Shown: piece by piece, positions 10,898 to 19,771 of the stretch | Numbering within the stretch: the stretch's first letter is position 1 | Layout of the letters: every line of letters starts with the position of its first letter | NCBI GenBank assembly: GCA_044339005.1 | Contig: JBIIWI010000001.1 | Location: 1-62,400, forward strand | DNA length: 62,400 nucleotides | DNA from: Ilumatobacteraceae bacterium | Lineage (GTDB): Bacteria > Actinomycetota > Acidimicrobiia > Acidimicrobiales > Ilumatobacteraceae | Direction of reading: 5' to 3' | Position numbers and translations under genes: made by a program | The notes under the pieces: model-generated | Seen by the model: only the letters and a program-made list of their open reading frames with translations | Databases searched by the model: none | What the model was told of the DNA's origin: nothing

Positions 10898-11709
10898 TGT
10901 GAAATTGAACCTTCGTACCATCTGCCGACAACCCAAGTATTGAGGAGACCAAACGCAACAAATAGCGTAAGCCCCAAAAGTGTGGCCATCAACGCTGTGA
11001 CAAACATCGGGCCAGCCTGGCTGTTGAGGAAGAACTGAGTAATGAGTTTGCCGAGACCGGGGTCACCCTTTGTAAAAAAGAAGTCGCCCACTATGGCGCC
11101 AATGACTGCTAGTCCAGCGGAAATGCGCAGGCCGCTAAAAATTGCTGGGCTCGCTGCAGGCAATTGCAGTTTGATCAAGCGTGTGGTTCGCCCGGATTTG
11201 TGCAGGGTAAAGAGATCGTGCATGTTTTTTGGAGTCGATTGAATACCAAACAGTGTGTTGGAGACGATGGGGAAGAGAGAAATAATGACCGTCACCAGCA
11301 CTCGTGCTCCGAAATTTGAACCCACCAGCTTGACGATGAGAGGAACAATAGCGATGATCGGTGTGACCTGCAGTGCGATGAGATACGGCCAAATTGAACG
11401 CTCGAGCCATTTTGCTTGTGCCATCAATACTCCTGCAATCAGCCCTATACAGATTGACAACGTGAGACCTACGAGTGTGGTTTTGAGGGAGATCCACAAT
11501 GCAGTAAAGATTTTGGTGCGCACAATGCCATGAATATCTTCGAAGAGTCTGTGCGGTGGCGGAATGATCATTGGTGCATTGGATGCCGGAGAGAAATTGT
11601 TCTTGAGTCCGTAGGCGAGTGCATACCAAGCAGTCAAAAACAAGAAAAACACGACGGACGGGCCAAGGTACCGAGCGACAAACCTTTGAAGCGTTGTTTT
11701 TGCGCTCAT
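10894..11709 (-). CDS. ABC transporter permease
   Basis: Multi-TM protein of the BPD-type permease layout. The start was chosen at the ATGA overlap with the ATPase stop (11706-11709). Confidence 0.85.
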   Translation of the reverse strand: MSAKTTLQRFVARYLGPSVVFFLFLTAWYALAYGLKNNFSPASNAPMIIPPPHRLFEDIHGIVRTKIFTALWISLKTTLVGLTLSICIGLIAGVLMAQAKWLERSIWPYLIALQVTPIIAIVPLIVKLVGSNFGARVLVTVIISLFPIVSNTLFGIQSTPKNMHDLFTLHKSGRTTRLIKLQLPAASPAIFSGLRISAGLAVIGAIVGDFFFTKGDPGLGKLITQFFLNSQAGPMFVTALMATLLGLTLFVAFGLLNTWVVGRWYEGSISQ

Positions 11710-12482
11710 GCTGTCTGCATTTCTCGCAGGAGCGCAGCAATCTGCCCACAGCAATTAGCAAATTCGGGGCTGTAACGAAGTGCGGGGGTTCGTGGGTACT
11801 CAAAGGGGACTTGTATCTCATGGGCGATGGTTCCAGGCCGTGGCGACATGACGATGACACGTTGTGAGAGATAAACAGCTTCAGAGATTGAATGTGTTAC
11901 GAAAATCGCGGAAAATTTTGCCGCCGTAAACATTGCAAGTAGATCGTCATTCAATGATTCGCGAGTAAATTCGTCTACTGCGGCGAAAGGCTCATCGAGC
12001 AAAAGCAGGCTTGGATCCGTTACAAGCGTGCGAGCAAGTGAAGCTCGCATTTTCATACCTCCCGAAAGTTGGCGTGGGTATTTGTGTGCGCTGTCGTGTA
12101 ATCCAACAGAGTCAAGAGCTATTTGAGCTTTTACTTGACGTTCTTTTGCGTTAACCCCGCGCAATTCGAGCAATGTTTCAATGTTTCTAATTGTTGAACG
12201 CCAAGGCAGCAGTGTTGGGTCTTGAAACACAAAGCCGATATCGCTAGTCGCGCTCGACAGAGAACCGCTTGTTGGCGGCTGAAGCCCGCTGAGCACGCGC
12301 AGCAGAGTTGATTTTCCGCAACCACTTGGGCCGACAAGTGCAACGAATTCATGTTCAGCGATTTGTAGCGTTACGTCGCGCAAGGCCTCAGTCGAATCTG
12401 GGTACGACAAACTGATTTCATCTGCAGAGATCAAACCAGATCCCGAGAGATGGGCGTTTGAGTTAGGCGTGGTGGAGTTCAC
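11706..12482 (-). CDS. ABC transporter ATP-binding protein
   Basis: Walker A GPSGCGKST, signature LSGGMKMR and Walker B LLLLDEPF. GTG start. Confidence 0.9.
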   Translation of the reverse strand: MNSTTPNSNAHLSGSGLISADEISLSYPDSTEALRDVTLQIAEHEFVALVGPSGCGKSTLLRVLSGLQPPTSGSLSSATSDIGFVFQDPTLLPWRSTIRNIETLLELRGVNAKERQVKAQIALDSVGLHDSAHKYPRQLSGGMKMRASLARTLVTDPSLLLLDEPFAAVDEFTRESLNDDLLAMFTAAKFSAIFVTHSISEAVYLSQRVIVMSPRPGTIAHEIQVPFEYPRTPALRYSPEFANCCGQIAALLREMQTA

Positions 12483-12541
12483 CGAAGCGTCGGCTGAGCC
12501 GCATCCTCGTAGGGGTCACACAAATAATCTAGTAGTGCCAA

Positions 12542-13309
12542 TCAGTTGATCGGCGAATTCCAGAGGCCTTTATTCTGCAGAATTTGCTTCAGCACGAGTG
12601 GTTTGTCAGTCATGATTCCATCCACACCCAGGTTTAGGAGGTGTTCCATCTCGTCGGGTTCGTCGATGGTCCATACGTGAACCTGCAAGCCCGCGCTGTG
12701 TGCATCGTCAACCAGCCGCTTGTCGGTGAGCGTTATTGGACCTTGTTTGAGGGGGATCTGTGCTGCAAGTGCACCCTCGAAAGGTTTGACAACTCCGATC
12801 CAACTTCGCACACGAAGCAACGCGACTTGTTTTGGACCAAGTGACGAACAAAGCGCAGGACCGAAGGTCTCGCGAAGAACAGATAGTCGCTTATCGCTGA
12901 AGGAACCAACACAAACTTTGTCGAGGACATGTGGTGGGCGTAGCGCATCTATTAACGGAAGGAGAGCTGCATCAGATTTGCAATCAATATTGATGCGCGC
13001 TTGTGGCCATGCATCGAAAAGATCCCGCAACAGGGGAATGTGCTCGGTTCCATTGACGCGAGCATTACGTACTTCGGAGTAATCAAGTTCGCTGATCTTT
13101 CCCGCCACACCACACGTACGTAAGAGGTCGTCATCATGGAAAGCTAAGAGCACACCATCACGAGTGGCGTGCACATCGGTTTCTAGGTATGTGTATCCAA
13201 GCTCGATTGCTCTGGCAAAAGCGGGCATGGTGTTCTCCGGTGCATCGCTTGCACCACCGCGATGCGCAAAAGCAATAGGAAGACGCGTGTCTAGAAATGG
13301 ATGAGTCAC
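12542..13309 (-). CDS. glycerophosphodiester phosphodiesterase family protein
   Basis: FAHRGGASDAPENTMPAF...ETDVHATRDGVLLAFHDD is the GDPD catalytic signature. Confidence 0.85.
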   Translation of the reverse strand: MTHPFLDTRLPIAFAHRGGASDAPENTMPAFARAIELGYTYLETDVHATRDGVLLAFHDDDLLRTCGVAGKISELDYSEVRNARVNGTEHIPLLRDLFDAWPQARINIDCKSDAALLPLIDALRPPHVLDKVCVGSFSDKRLSVLRETFGPALCSSLGPKQVALLRVRSWIGVVKPFEGALAAQIPLKQGPITLTDKRLVDDAHSAGLQVHVWTIDEPDEMEHLLNLGVDGIMTDKPLVLKQILQNKGLWNSPIN

Positions 13310-13318
13310 AGAGTTGCT

Positions 13319-14878
13319 TTAAATGCTTCGTCCAGCGGCTGCCCAGTATTCATCTTTCAATAGCCTTTTGTAGAGCTTGCCCGTCGGATGTCGCGGAAGC
13401 TCCGTTCGAAAGTCAACAGACTTAGGACATTTGAAAGAAGCAAGAGACGCCTTGCAGTGTTCGATCAGAATGCGTTCGAGTTTTTTGGCATCTTCGAGTG
13501 TGGCGGGCATCGTTGTTGGTTGGACAACGGCCTTCACTTCTTCGCCGAATTCGTCATTGGGAATTCCAAAAACTGCAACGTCAATAACATCTGGGTGAGA
13601 AACAAGAATGTTTTCTGCTTCCTGCGGGTAAATGTTGACGCCACCCGCAATGATCATGAATGCCTTGCGGTCTGTGAGGTAGAGATATTGCTCACTGTCG
13701 AGGTAGCCAATGTCGCCGAGGGTTGACCAACCTCGTCCAAGCGAATCCTTCGAGGCTTGTGTTTTCTCGGGATCATTGTGATATTCGAATTTTGCTGAAC
13801 TCTCAAAGTAGATCGTTCCGGTTTGGCCGGTCTCTAGTTCCTTGCCATCGTCATCGAGGATATGGATGACACCCTGCAGTGATTGACCGACCGTGCCTGG
13901 GTGGGCAAGCCATTGTTCCGAATTGCAGTAAACAAATCCATTACCTTCGCTGCCCGCGTAATACTCATGAACGATCGGACCAAGCCATTCGATTGTTTGC
14001 TGTTTGATATCGATTGGGCATGGTGCAGCTGCATGAAAGATGTGGGTGAGTGATGAGGTGTTGTATCGAGTTCGTACTTCGTTGGGGAGTTTGAGTAGTC
14101 GAACAAACATCGTTGGAACAGTTTGGGAATGAGTCACTTGGTGTTTTTCGATAAGTTGCAAATATTCTTCGGCATCGAAGTGCTCCATGATGATTGTCGT
14201 GCCACCAACACGATGTACTGCAAGATTCCAACGCAGTGGTGCTGCGTGGTACAGCGGTGCGGGGGAGAGGTAGACAGTGTTTTCATTCATCGCAAACAGG
14301 AATTGTCCAAGTGAAGTAACACCGTTTGGTGAGCCGAGCGGCAATTTGCCGAGATTGAGCGCGACACCTTTTGGTCGACCGGTTGTTCCGCTGGAGTACA
14401 GCATGTCGGAACCGTCAACACGGTCGGTGAGTGGAAGTGTTGGCTGCAGGGCAACGATGTCCTCGTAGCTTTCGTATCCATCAATCACACCGTCCAGCAT
14501 GAGCCGGACTGCAACGTTTGGAATTACATCTGAAATTTCGTCGGCTTGGTCAGCCTTGTACTTGCTCGTAATGAAAGCTTTTGCGTTGCAATCGTTGATG
14601 ATGTATGAGAGCTCATCGGACGTAAGACGACTGGAGCACGCTGTATAAATCAGTCCTGCATAGTGGCAACCCCAGATGACTTCAAAGTAGCGGGGGTGAT
14701 TCTCGAGACAGATTGCGATGTGGTCGCCGGGAAGTAAACCGTGTTGAAAAAGCAACTGACTCAAACGATTGGCCGCTTCGTCCAGCTCTTTATACGTAAT
14801 AACTTGAGAAGTTGAAGCCATGATGATGGCTGGCTTATCTGGGGTGACTGCTGCTATCTGTCCTGGAAACATAGGCAA
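13319..14878 (-). CDS. AMP-forming acyl-CoA synthetase / long-chain fatty acid--CoA ligase
   Basis: 519 aa. AMP-binding motif YSSGTTGRPKGV and a C-terminal GKLYKR-type lysine motif. Confidence 0.9.
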   Translation of the reverse strand: MPMFPGQIAAVTPDKPAIIMASTSQVITYKELDEAANRLSQLLFQHGLLPGDHIAICLENHPRYFEVIWGCHYAGLIYTACSSRLTSDELSYIINDCNAKAFITSKYKADQADEISDVIPNVAVRLMLDGVIDGYESYEDIVALQPTLPLTDRVDGSDMLYSSGTTGRPKGVALNLGKLPLGSPNGVTSLGQFLFAMNENTVYLSPAPLYHAAPLRWNLAVHRVGGTTIIMEHFDAEEYLQLIEKHQVTHSQTVPTMFVRLLKLPNEVRTRYNTSSLTHIFHAAAPCPIDIKQQTIEWLGPIVHEYYAGSEGNGFVYCNSEQWLAHPGTVGQSLQGVIHILDDDGKELETGQTGTIYFESSAKFEYHNDPEKTQASKDSLGRGWSTLGDIGYLDSEQYLYLTDRKAFMIIAGGVNIYPQEAENILVSHPDVIDVAVFGIPNDEFGEEVKAVVQPTTMPATLEDAKKLERILIEHCKASLASFKCPKSVDFRTELPRHPTGKLYKRLLKDEYWAAAGRSI

Positions 14879-15005
14879 AAGTTAGCCCAAATTTTGACGC
14901 TTTAGGTAATTTCGTTTCAAAAATTGACTAGACCAATAAAGCGTAAAGTCTCAGGGGTTACTAGATTTGTTTTGAACTTAGAAATAGTAAAAGGAGTAGA
15001 GGCAT

Positions 15006-16211
15006 ATGTCGACAGAGCAAATGCAGACGACGTTGGACGAACAAATCATTAATGACGCGATCACCGAATTACTTGACGCCTTTCCACCGAGCAAAACTAA
15101 ACCGGTGGTATTTTTGGGAGAGCAGTTCGACCGCGGCCTCGCATGGGTGCATTTTCCTGTCGGCTCAGGTGGTCTTGGGCTGTCACCGAAGCACCAGAAA
15201 ATCGTGAGTGAGAGACTGTCGGCAGCTGGTGGCCCAAATGCTTATGCGCGAAACCCGATCGGTTATGGAATGTGTGGTCCAACCGTTGTCGAGTGGGGAA
15301 CACCAGAACAATGCAAGAAATATTTGCGACCACTGTTTACCGGTGAAGAGATTTGGTGTCAGTTGTTTTCCGAGCCAGGTTCTGGCTCTGACTTTGCTGG
15401 ACTCTCTGCGAAAGCAATCAAAGACGGCGACGAATGGCTGGTCAACGGTCAAAAGGTATGGACAACGTTGGCCCATCTCTCGAAGTGGGGTCTACTCGTT
15501 GTGCGCACGGATCCAGATGCTGTGAAGCATGCTGGAATGACGGCAGTAGTCGTTGATATGCAGGCACCTGGAGTTGAAGTTCGACCATTGCGGCAGATGA
15601 CAGGTGAAGCTGAATTCAACGAGGTCTATTTCACCGATGTGCGCGTACCAGTTGCGGAAACGCTTGGTGGTCCGGGCGATGGATGGCGAGTCAGTTTGAC
15701 AACATTGATGAACGAGCGAGTGGCAATTGGAGGTGCGATTCCACCGAGGGCGTCTGGTCCTATCCGCGAAGCAATGAAGATTTGGGAAAAGATGCCAGCC
15801 GAGGAGCGTGATGCTGCAACTCGTGACAAGTTAACTCAATTGTGGATCAGAGCTGAGGTGCTTCGGCTCACCAACATTCGAGCAGGACAGAATCGTAAAC
15901 TTGGAGTTCCAGGACCAGAGGGTTCAATCGGCAAGATGGCCAGTGCTGATCTCAATAAGCAGACTTATGAGTTCTGCATTGAATTGATGGGTGCGCACGG
16001 CATGTTGTACGGAAGTTATGAAATGGTTCGACCAGAAACAGCAATGAGCTTTGACTCTGTACCTAAGGCATTCTTGCGTGCTCGCGCCAACAGCATTGAA
16101 GGCGGAACAAGCGAAGTAATGAAAAGCATTCTTGGTGAGCGAATGCTCGGACTTCCTGGCGACGTTCGCGTTGATCGCGAGATTGCCTGGAGCAAAGTGC
16201 CTCGTAATTAG
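15006..16211 (+). CDS. acyl-CoA dehydrogenase
   Basis: 401 aa. ACAD-like pattern CQLFSEPGSGSD...GQKVWTT and C-terminal helical domain IEGGTSEVMKSILGERML. It is divergent from the acyl-CoA synthetase gene. Confidence 0.88.
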   Translation: MSTEQMQTTLDEQIINDAITELLDAFPPSKTKPVVFLGEQFDRGLAWVHFPVGSGGLGLSPKHQKIVSERLSAAGGPNAYARNPIGYGMCGPTVVEWGTPEQCKKYLRPLFTGEEIWCQLFSEPGSGSDFAGLSAKAIKDGDEWLVNGQKVWTTLAHLSKWGLLVVRTDPDAVKHAGMTAVVVDMQAPGVEVRPLRQMTGEAEFNEVYFTDVRVPVAETLGGPGDGWRVSLTTLMNERVAIGGAIPPRASGPIREAMKIWEKMPAEERDAATRDKLTQLWIRAEVLRLTNIRAGQNRKLGVPGPEGSIGKMASADLNKQTYEFCIELMGAHGMLYGSYEMVRPETAMSFDSVPKAFLRARANSIEGGTSEVMKSILGERMLGLPGDVRVDREIAWSKVPRN

Positions 16212-16228
16212 AACAAACTGTCAGGAAT

Positions 16229-17293
16229 TTAATTCGTAAGTTTCTGCAAAACGGTGCTGGCACTCACTGAGCGATCATCCAAGTGCTGACCACCCAAAAA
16301 ATTTCCACCGATCATGACGGTAGAGGCTTGTTCTATTGCATGCTGCAATTGACGGATATTGCGTGGTGGCGGGAAATACTCGTCTTCGGTTGTGAGCCTG
16401 ACTTCCTCAACACCTAAGCGTGGTGCAAGGCGATTCACTACAGCCATTACGAGCTCTTCGGGTGCGGATGCACCGGCTGTTACTCCAACAGTTCCCGAAA
16501 TATTGTCAGGGATCTCGCTCGCTGAGTTGATGCGTAAGACGGTTTTGCAATTCATAGAACGCGCAAGTTTTTCTAATGCAAGAGTGTTCGAAGAATTTGA
16601 GGAACCGATAATAATCACAGCGTCACAATCTTGAACGATTTGCATCAGCGCGGTTTGTCGATTGGTCGTGGCAAAGCAGAGATCGCTTTTCCCGGGTTGC
16701 CATACTTGAGGAAAACGAACTTTGACTGCCTGCGCTACTTCTTGCCAGTCTCGGTGAGACAAAGTCGTCTGAGCAAGTAGTGCGAGTGGCTCGTTTGTGT
16801 CGGGTAGCGCGGCAACATCTTCGATCTTTTCAACACGGGTGGTGGCATGTGGAGCGACCGCCATTGTGCCAACTGCTTCTTCATGACCTTCGTGTCCGAT
16901 GTATACGATTTTGTATCCCTTGTTTGAGCGCACGCGGAGCTCATGGTGCACTTTTGTGACAAGCGGACAGACCGAATCAACTACGTAACCTCCGCGAGAT
17001 ATTGCACTTGAGACCACTTCAGGAGCAGAGCCGTGAGCCGACAACATAATTGGGCTTCCGGCGGGAATCGCATCGATATCGTCGACGAAGATGACGCCTT
17101 GCGCGATGAAGCGATCGACAACCGACTTGTTGTGCACGATCTCGTGAAAGCAATACACAGGAGCGGGAAACGTGCGAACCATCCAGGAAAGAGCTTTGAT
17201 GGCCATCTCGACACCAGCGCAGAAGCCTCGAGGGGCTGCGAGTAGGACGCGATCTACTTGCGATTGATTGATCACATCTTTGCTCACTGTCAC
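16229..17293 (-). CDS. ispH: 4-hydroxy-3-methylbut-2-enyl diphosphate reductase
   Basis: 354 aa. N-terminal PRGFCAGVEMAIKAL, conserved Cys residues (SVCPLVTKVH, CFATTNRQ) and SSNSSN motifs typical of IspH/LytB. Confidence 0.92.
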   Translation of the reverse strand: MTVSKDVINQSQVDRVLLAAPRGFCAGVEMAIKALSWMVRTFPAPVYCFHEIVHNKSVVDRFIAQGVIFVDDIDAIPAGSPIMLSAHGSAPEVVSSAISRGGYVVDSVCPLVTKVHHELRVRSNKGYKIVYIGHEGHEEAVGTMAVAPHATTRVEKIEDVAALPDTNEPLALLAQTTLSHRDWQEVAQAVKVRFPQVWQPGKSDLCFATTNRQTALMQIVQDCDAVIIIGSSNSSNTLALEKLARSMNCKTVLRINSASEIPDNISGTVGVTAGASAPEELVMAVVNRLAPRLGVEEVRLTTEDEYFPPPRNIRQLQHAIEQASTVMIGGNFLGGQHLDDRSVSASTVLQKLTN

Positions 17294-17346
17294 GACTTCA
17301 CTTTAGTGCTCATCGTTCTCGCGCAAACCGCTTGTAGAATGCATCT

Positions 17347-18666
17347 GTGACTGAACGATTGCCTACCGTTGTGATCGTCGGACGACCCAATGTGGGCAAG
17401 AGCACTCTATTCAATAGGTTTTTGGGCGCTCAAGTTGCGATTGTCGAGGATCAACCAGGTATCACGCGCGATCGTTTTGAACGAGATGTCGAATGGATTG
17501 GCAAAAAATTTAGCGTTGTTGACACAGGCGGCTGGATGCCTGGCGGATCTGAGCTGGATACCAAAGTCAGTCGTCAAGTGGAAGAGGCAGCACGTGCTGC
17601 AGATTTGGTGTTGTTCGTTGTTGACACCTGGGTTGGGGTGACCCACGACGATGAGCTGATCGCACAATGGTTGCGCAAAGTCGACCGTCCTGTACTCGTA
17701 GTTTCCAACAAAATTGACTCTGAACGACGCGAATCCGATCGTTGGGATTTCCTGTCGCTCGGATTTGGTGAGCCAGTAGCAGTTTCAGCTTTGCACGGCC
17801 GTAAGTCTGGTGACTTGCTCGATGCGATTCTCGAACGGGTTGAGGCACTTGATCTAGAGCCAGAGCCAGAACTTGGTGATGCCATTCGTGCGCCGGGTAT
17901 TCCACGTGTGTCAATAGTTGGTCGACCGAACGTTGGCAAAAGCACACTGTTCAACAGGTTGGTAGGCGAGGATCGCTCGATTACGCACGACATGCCTGGT
18001 ACAACAAGAGATGCAATCGACACTCAGGTTGATACTGAGGACGGACCAATGGTGTTTGTCGACACGGCGGGTATGCGTCGTAAAAGCAAAGTTGACGAAT
18101 CGGCTGAGTATTACTCATTCGTTCGCGCACTTCGTGCAGTCGATGAATCAGACGTTGCGCTCTTGGTAATTGATGCGCATGACGGCATTACGAGTCAGGA
18201 TCAAAGACTTGCCGAACGTATCGATGCAGCTGGATGTCCAGTAATCGTGATTCTCAATAAGTGGGAGACACTTGATGCTGAGGGTCGTGAGCACATTGAC
18301 AACGAGATGACTCGCAAGTTGTATTTCATCGGTGATGCCCCAGTGCTCAAAGTTTCAGCACTCACAGGTAAGGGAGTTCACCGACTCTTGCCAATTTTGC
18401 AAGAGTGCATCGTTCATTATCACAAGCGTGTTCCAACTCGAGATGTCAACAAAGTGATGGCTGAAGCACAACAAAAGCAACCAGCTGGTAGTGGTGCACG
18501 CGTTCTCTATGCACTCCAAGGGGCTACCGATCCTCCAACATTCACTTTGTTCGTGAATCGTGAGCTTCCAGCGCCATATCTTCGTTATCTAGAGCGATGC
18601 ATCCGCGAAAAATTCGAATTTGGTTCAACACCTATCAAGATGCGTGTTCGCAAACGCTCAGAGTAA
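17347..18666 (+). CDS. der: ribosome biogenesis GTPase Der (EngA)
   Basis: Two tandem G domains, each with GRPNVGKST, DTGG/DTAG and NK(I/W)D motifs, plus a KH-like C-terminus. Confidence 0.95.
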   Translation: MTERLPTVVIVGRPNVGKSTLFNRFLGAQVAIVEDQPGITRDRFERDVEWIGKKFSVVDTGGWMPGGSELDTKVSRQVEEAARAADLVLFVVDTWVGVTHDDELIAQWLRKVDRPVLVVSNKIDSERRESDRWDFLSLGFGEPVAVSALHGRKSGDLLDAILERVEALDLEPEPELGDAIRAPGIPRVSIVGRPNVGKSTLFNRLVGEDRSITHDMPGTTRDAIDTQVDTEDGPMVFVDTAGMRRKSKVDESAEYYSFVRALRAVDESDVALLVIDAHDGITSQDQRLAERIDAAGCPVIVILNKWETLDAEGREHIDNEMTRKLYFIGDAPVLKVSALTGKGVHRLLPILQECIVHYHKRVPTRDVNKVMAEAQQKQPAGSGARVLYALQGATDPPTFTLFVNRELPAPYLRYLERCIREKFEFGSTPIKMRVRKRSE

Positions 18667-18670
18667 AGAC

Positions 18671-18922
18671 ATGCCTTGGTGTGAAGATTGTGCAAAGTAT
18701 TTGGCGCCGAGCGCAATGTTGGTCGACGGATCCTGTCCCAAATGTTTGAAGCCCATTGCTGATGTAACCGTCAATGGTCAGCTGACTGCTAAAACACTCA
18801 ATCTAAAAAAGCTTGCGCAGAGCTCGACAGATGAAGATGTATCGGTGCCGTGGCATTTCAAACTACTTGTCGGCGCATTGATCATGTATTTGTCTTGGAG
18901 AGTTATAGATCTCTTTCGCTAG
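18671..18922 (+). CDS. small zinc-ribbon protein with a C-terminal transmembrane helix
   Basis: ATG at 18671 just after the der stop. Contains CEDC-x14-CPKC and a hydrophobic tail WHFKLLVGALIMYLSWRVIDLF. Confidence 0.5.
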   Translation: MPWCEDCAKYLAPSAMLVDGSCPKCLKPIADVTVNGQLTAKTLNLKKLAQSSTDEDVSVPWHFKLLVGALIMYLSWRVIDLFR

Positions 18923-18939
18923 GGTAATTGGTCGAGATG

Positions 18940-19014
18940 CGGGCTGTAGCGCAGCTTGGTTAGCGTGCTTGTCTGGGGGACAAGAGGTCGCGGGTTCAAA
19001 TCCCGCCAGCCCGA
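18940..19014 (+). tRNA. tRNA-Pro (anticodon GGG), CCA not encoded
   Basis: Hand-folded 75-nt cloverleaf. The acceptor CGGGCTG pairs with CAGCCCG and is followed by discriminator A. The anticodon stem is CTTGT/ACAAG with loop CTGGGGG. The T arm is GCGGG-TTCAAAT-CCCGC. Confidence 0.9.
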
Positions 19015-19028
19015 CTTTATTGCATCTA

Positions 19029-19050
19029 GGTTTCCGAGAGATCGGGAACC
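19029..19050 (+). terminator. possible stem-loop downstream of tRNA-Pro
   Basis: GGTTTCC-gagagatc-GGGAACC forms 7 bp including one G-U pair. A/T-rich tracts (attcaaaaaatccgttttt) follow, but the T-run is not immediately adjacent, so this is only a weak terminator candidate. Confidence 0.3.
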
Positions 19051-19251
19051 ATTCAAAAAATCCGTTTTTCCCAACCTTTGGCCCAAACCAAAACTAGAAA
19101 TTATCTGTCGCAGACGCTTTCAACGATCTGGATTACATTGACTCCGAGCCGATTCGGCTTGGGTTGGGATTATGGCCGTCGGCGACATTTCTCTAATGGA
19201 CACGCTCCCGATGGCGATTGCCAGTAGGGGTCATTTGTGTATGGTTGAGAC

Positions 19252-19605
19252 ATGTGGTGGTTGCTTGCGTTGGTTTTGATGTTTTTCTCATTCCGCCAAT
19301 GGATGGTTTGGAAGAGAAAACAAAACGAAAAGAACCGTCCTAAGTTCGCTCATATCCAGAGATATTGTGTTGAGTGCGGGGCTGAAACGGATGAACCAGT
19401 TCTGCACCCACGTTGTCGGAAATGCAGGCCTTCTTTTCAGAAGCATCGTAATCAATGTTGGGGATGCGGGCAATGGACGGAAATATCGAAAGAACCATTA
19501 GATCAGTATTGGGATTGCTCAGTTTGCGATCTGCGACAGACGGGCTACGGCGAAGCTCCGCCAGATGGTCCGGTTGGTGGACGAAAAAACCCTCGCAAGT
19601 GGTGA
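19252..19605 (+). CDS. hypothetical membrane-anchored protein with four CxxC pairs (double zinc ribbon)
   Basis: 117-aa ORF with an N-terminal hydrophobic helix MWWLLALVLMFFSF. Contains CVEC-x12-CRKC-x10-CWGC-x16-CSVC. It is the only ORF between tRNA-Pro and the tRNA fragment repeat. Confidence 0.5.
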   Translation: MWWLLALVLMFFSFRQWMVWKRKQNEKNRPKFAHIQRYCVECGAETDEPVLHPRCRKCRPSFQKHRNQCWGCGQWTEISKEPLDQYWDCSVCDLRQTGYGEAPPDGPVGGRKNPRKW

Positions 19606-19712
19606 AAACAATTTTTTAAATTTCACGATTCAAGCCCTTGCGCTAGATCGTCGGCTTCGCATTGCGCGTTGCAAAAGTTGTGAGTCGCTTGGTTTGTGTG
19701 AGTGCGTAGAAG

Positions 19713-19759
19713 TTGTCAGGGGGACAAGTGGTCGCGGGTTCAAATCCCGCCAACCCGAC
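19713..19759 (+). repeat. decayed direct repeat of the tRNA-Pro 3' half (att-like tRNA fragment)
   Basis: 44/47 nt are identical to 18969-19015. U33 is changed to A and no pairing 5' acceptor strand lies upstream, so this is not a functional tRNA. Confidence 0.8.
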
Positions 19760-19771
19760 GATTCAATGCAA

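Noticed and set aside
11135-11860. A long antisense or alternate-frame ORF (241 aa) over the ABC permease. Similar shadow ORFs occur at 4015..4488, 17574..18023, 24018..24410 and 33789..34205 (a Ser-rich frame opposite the acidic protein).
   Set aside because: Each lies entirely within, or opposite, a gene with strong family motifs. They have low-complexity or Arg/Ser/Cys-biased composition typical of off-frame translation. There is no independent support.
12483-12541. A possible TPP riboswitch upstream of the NMT1/THI5-type ABC importer operon.
   Set aside because: Only 59 nt are available. Read on the minus strand, they lack the conserved CUGAGA / ACCUGAUCUGGAUAAUGCCAGCG-type elements. Only a 4-bp hairpin (CCGA-agcg-TCGG) is present.
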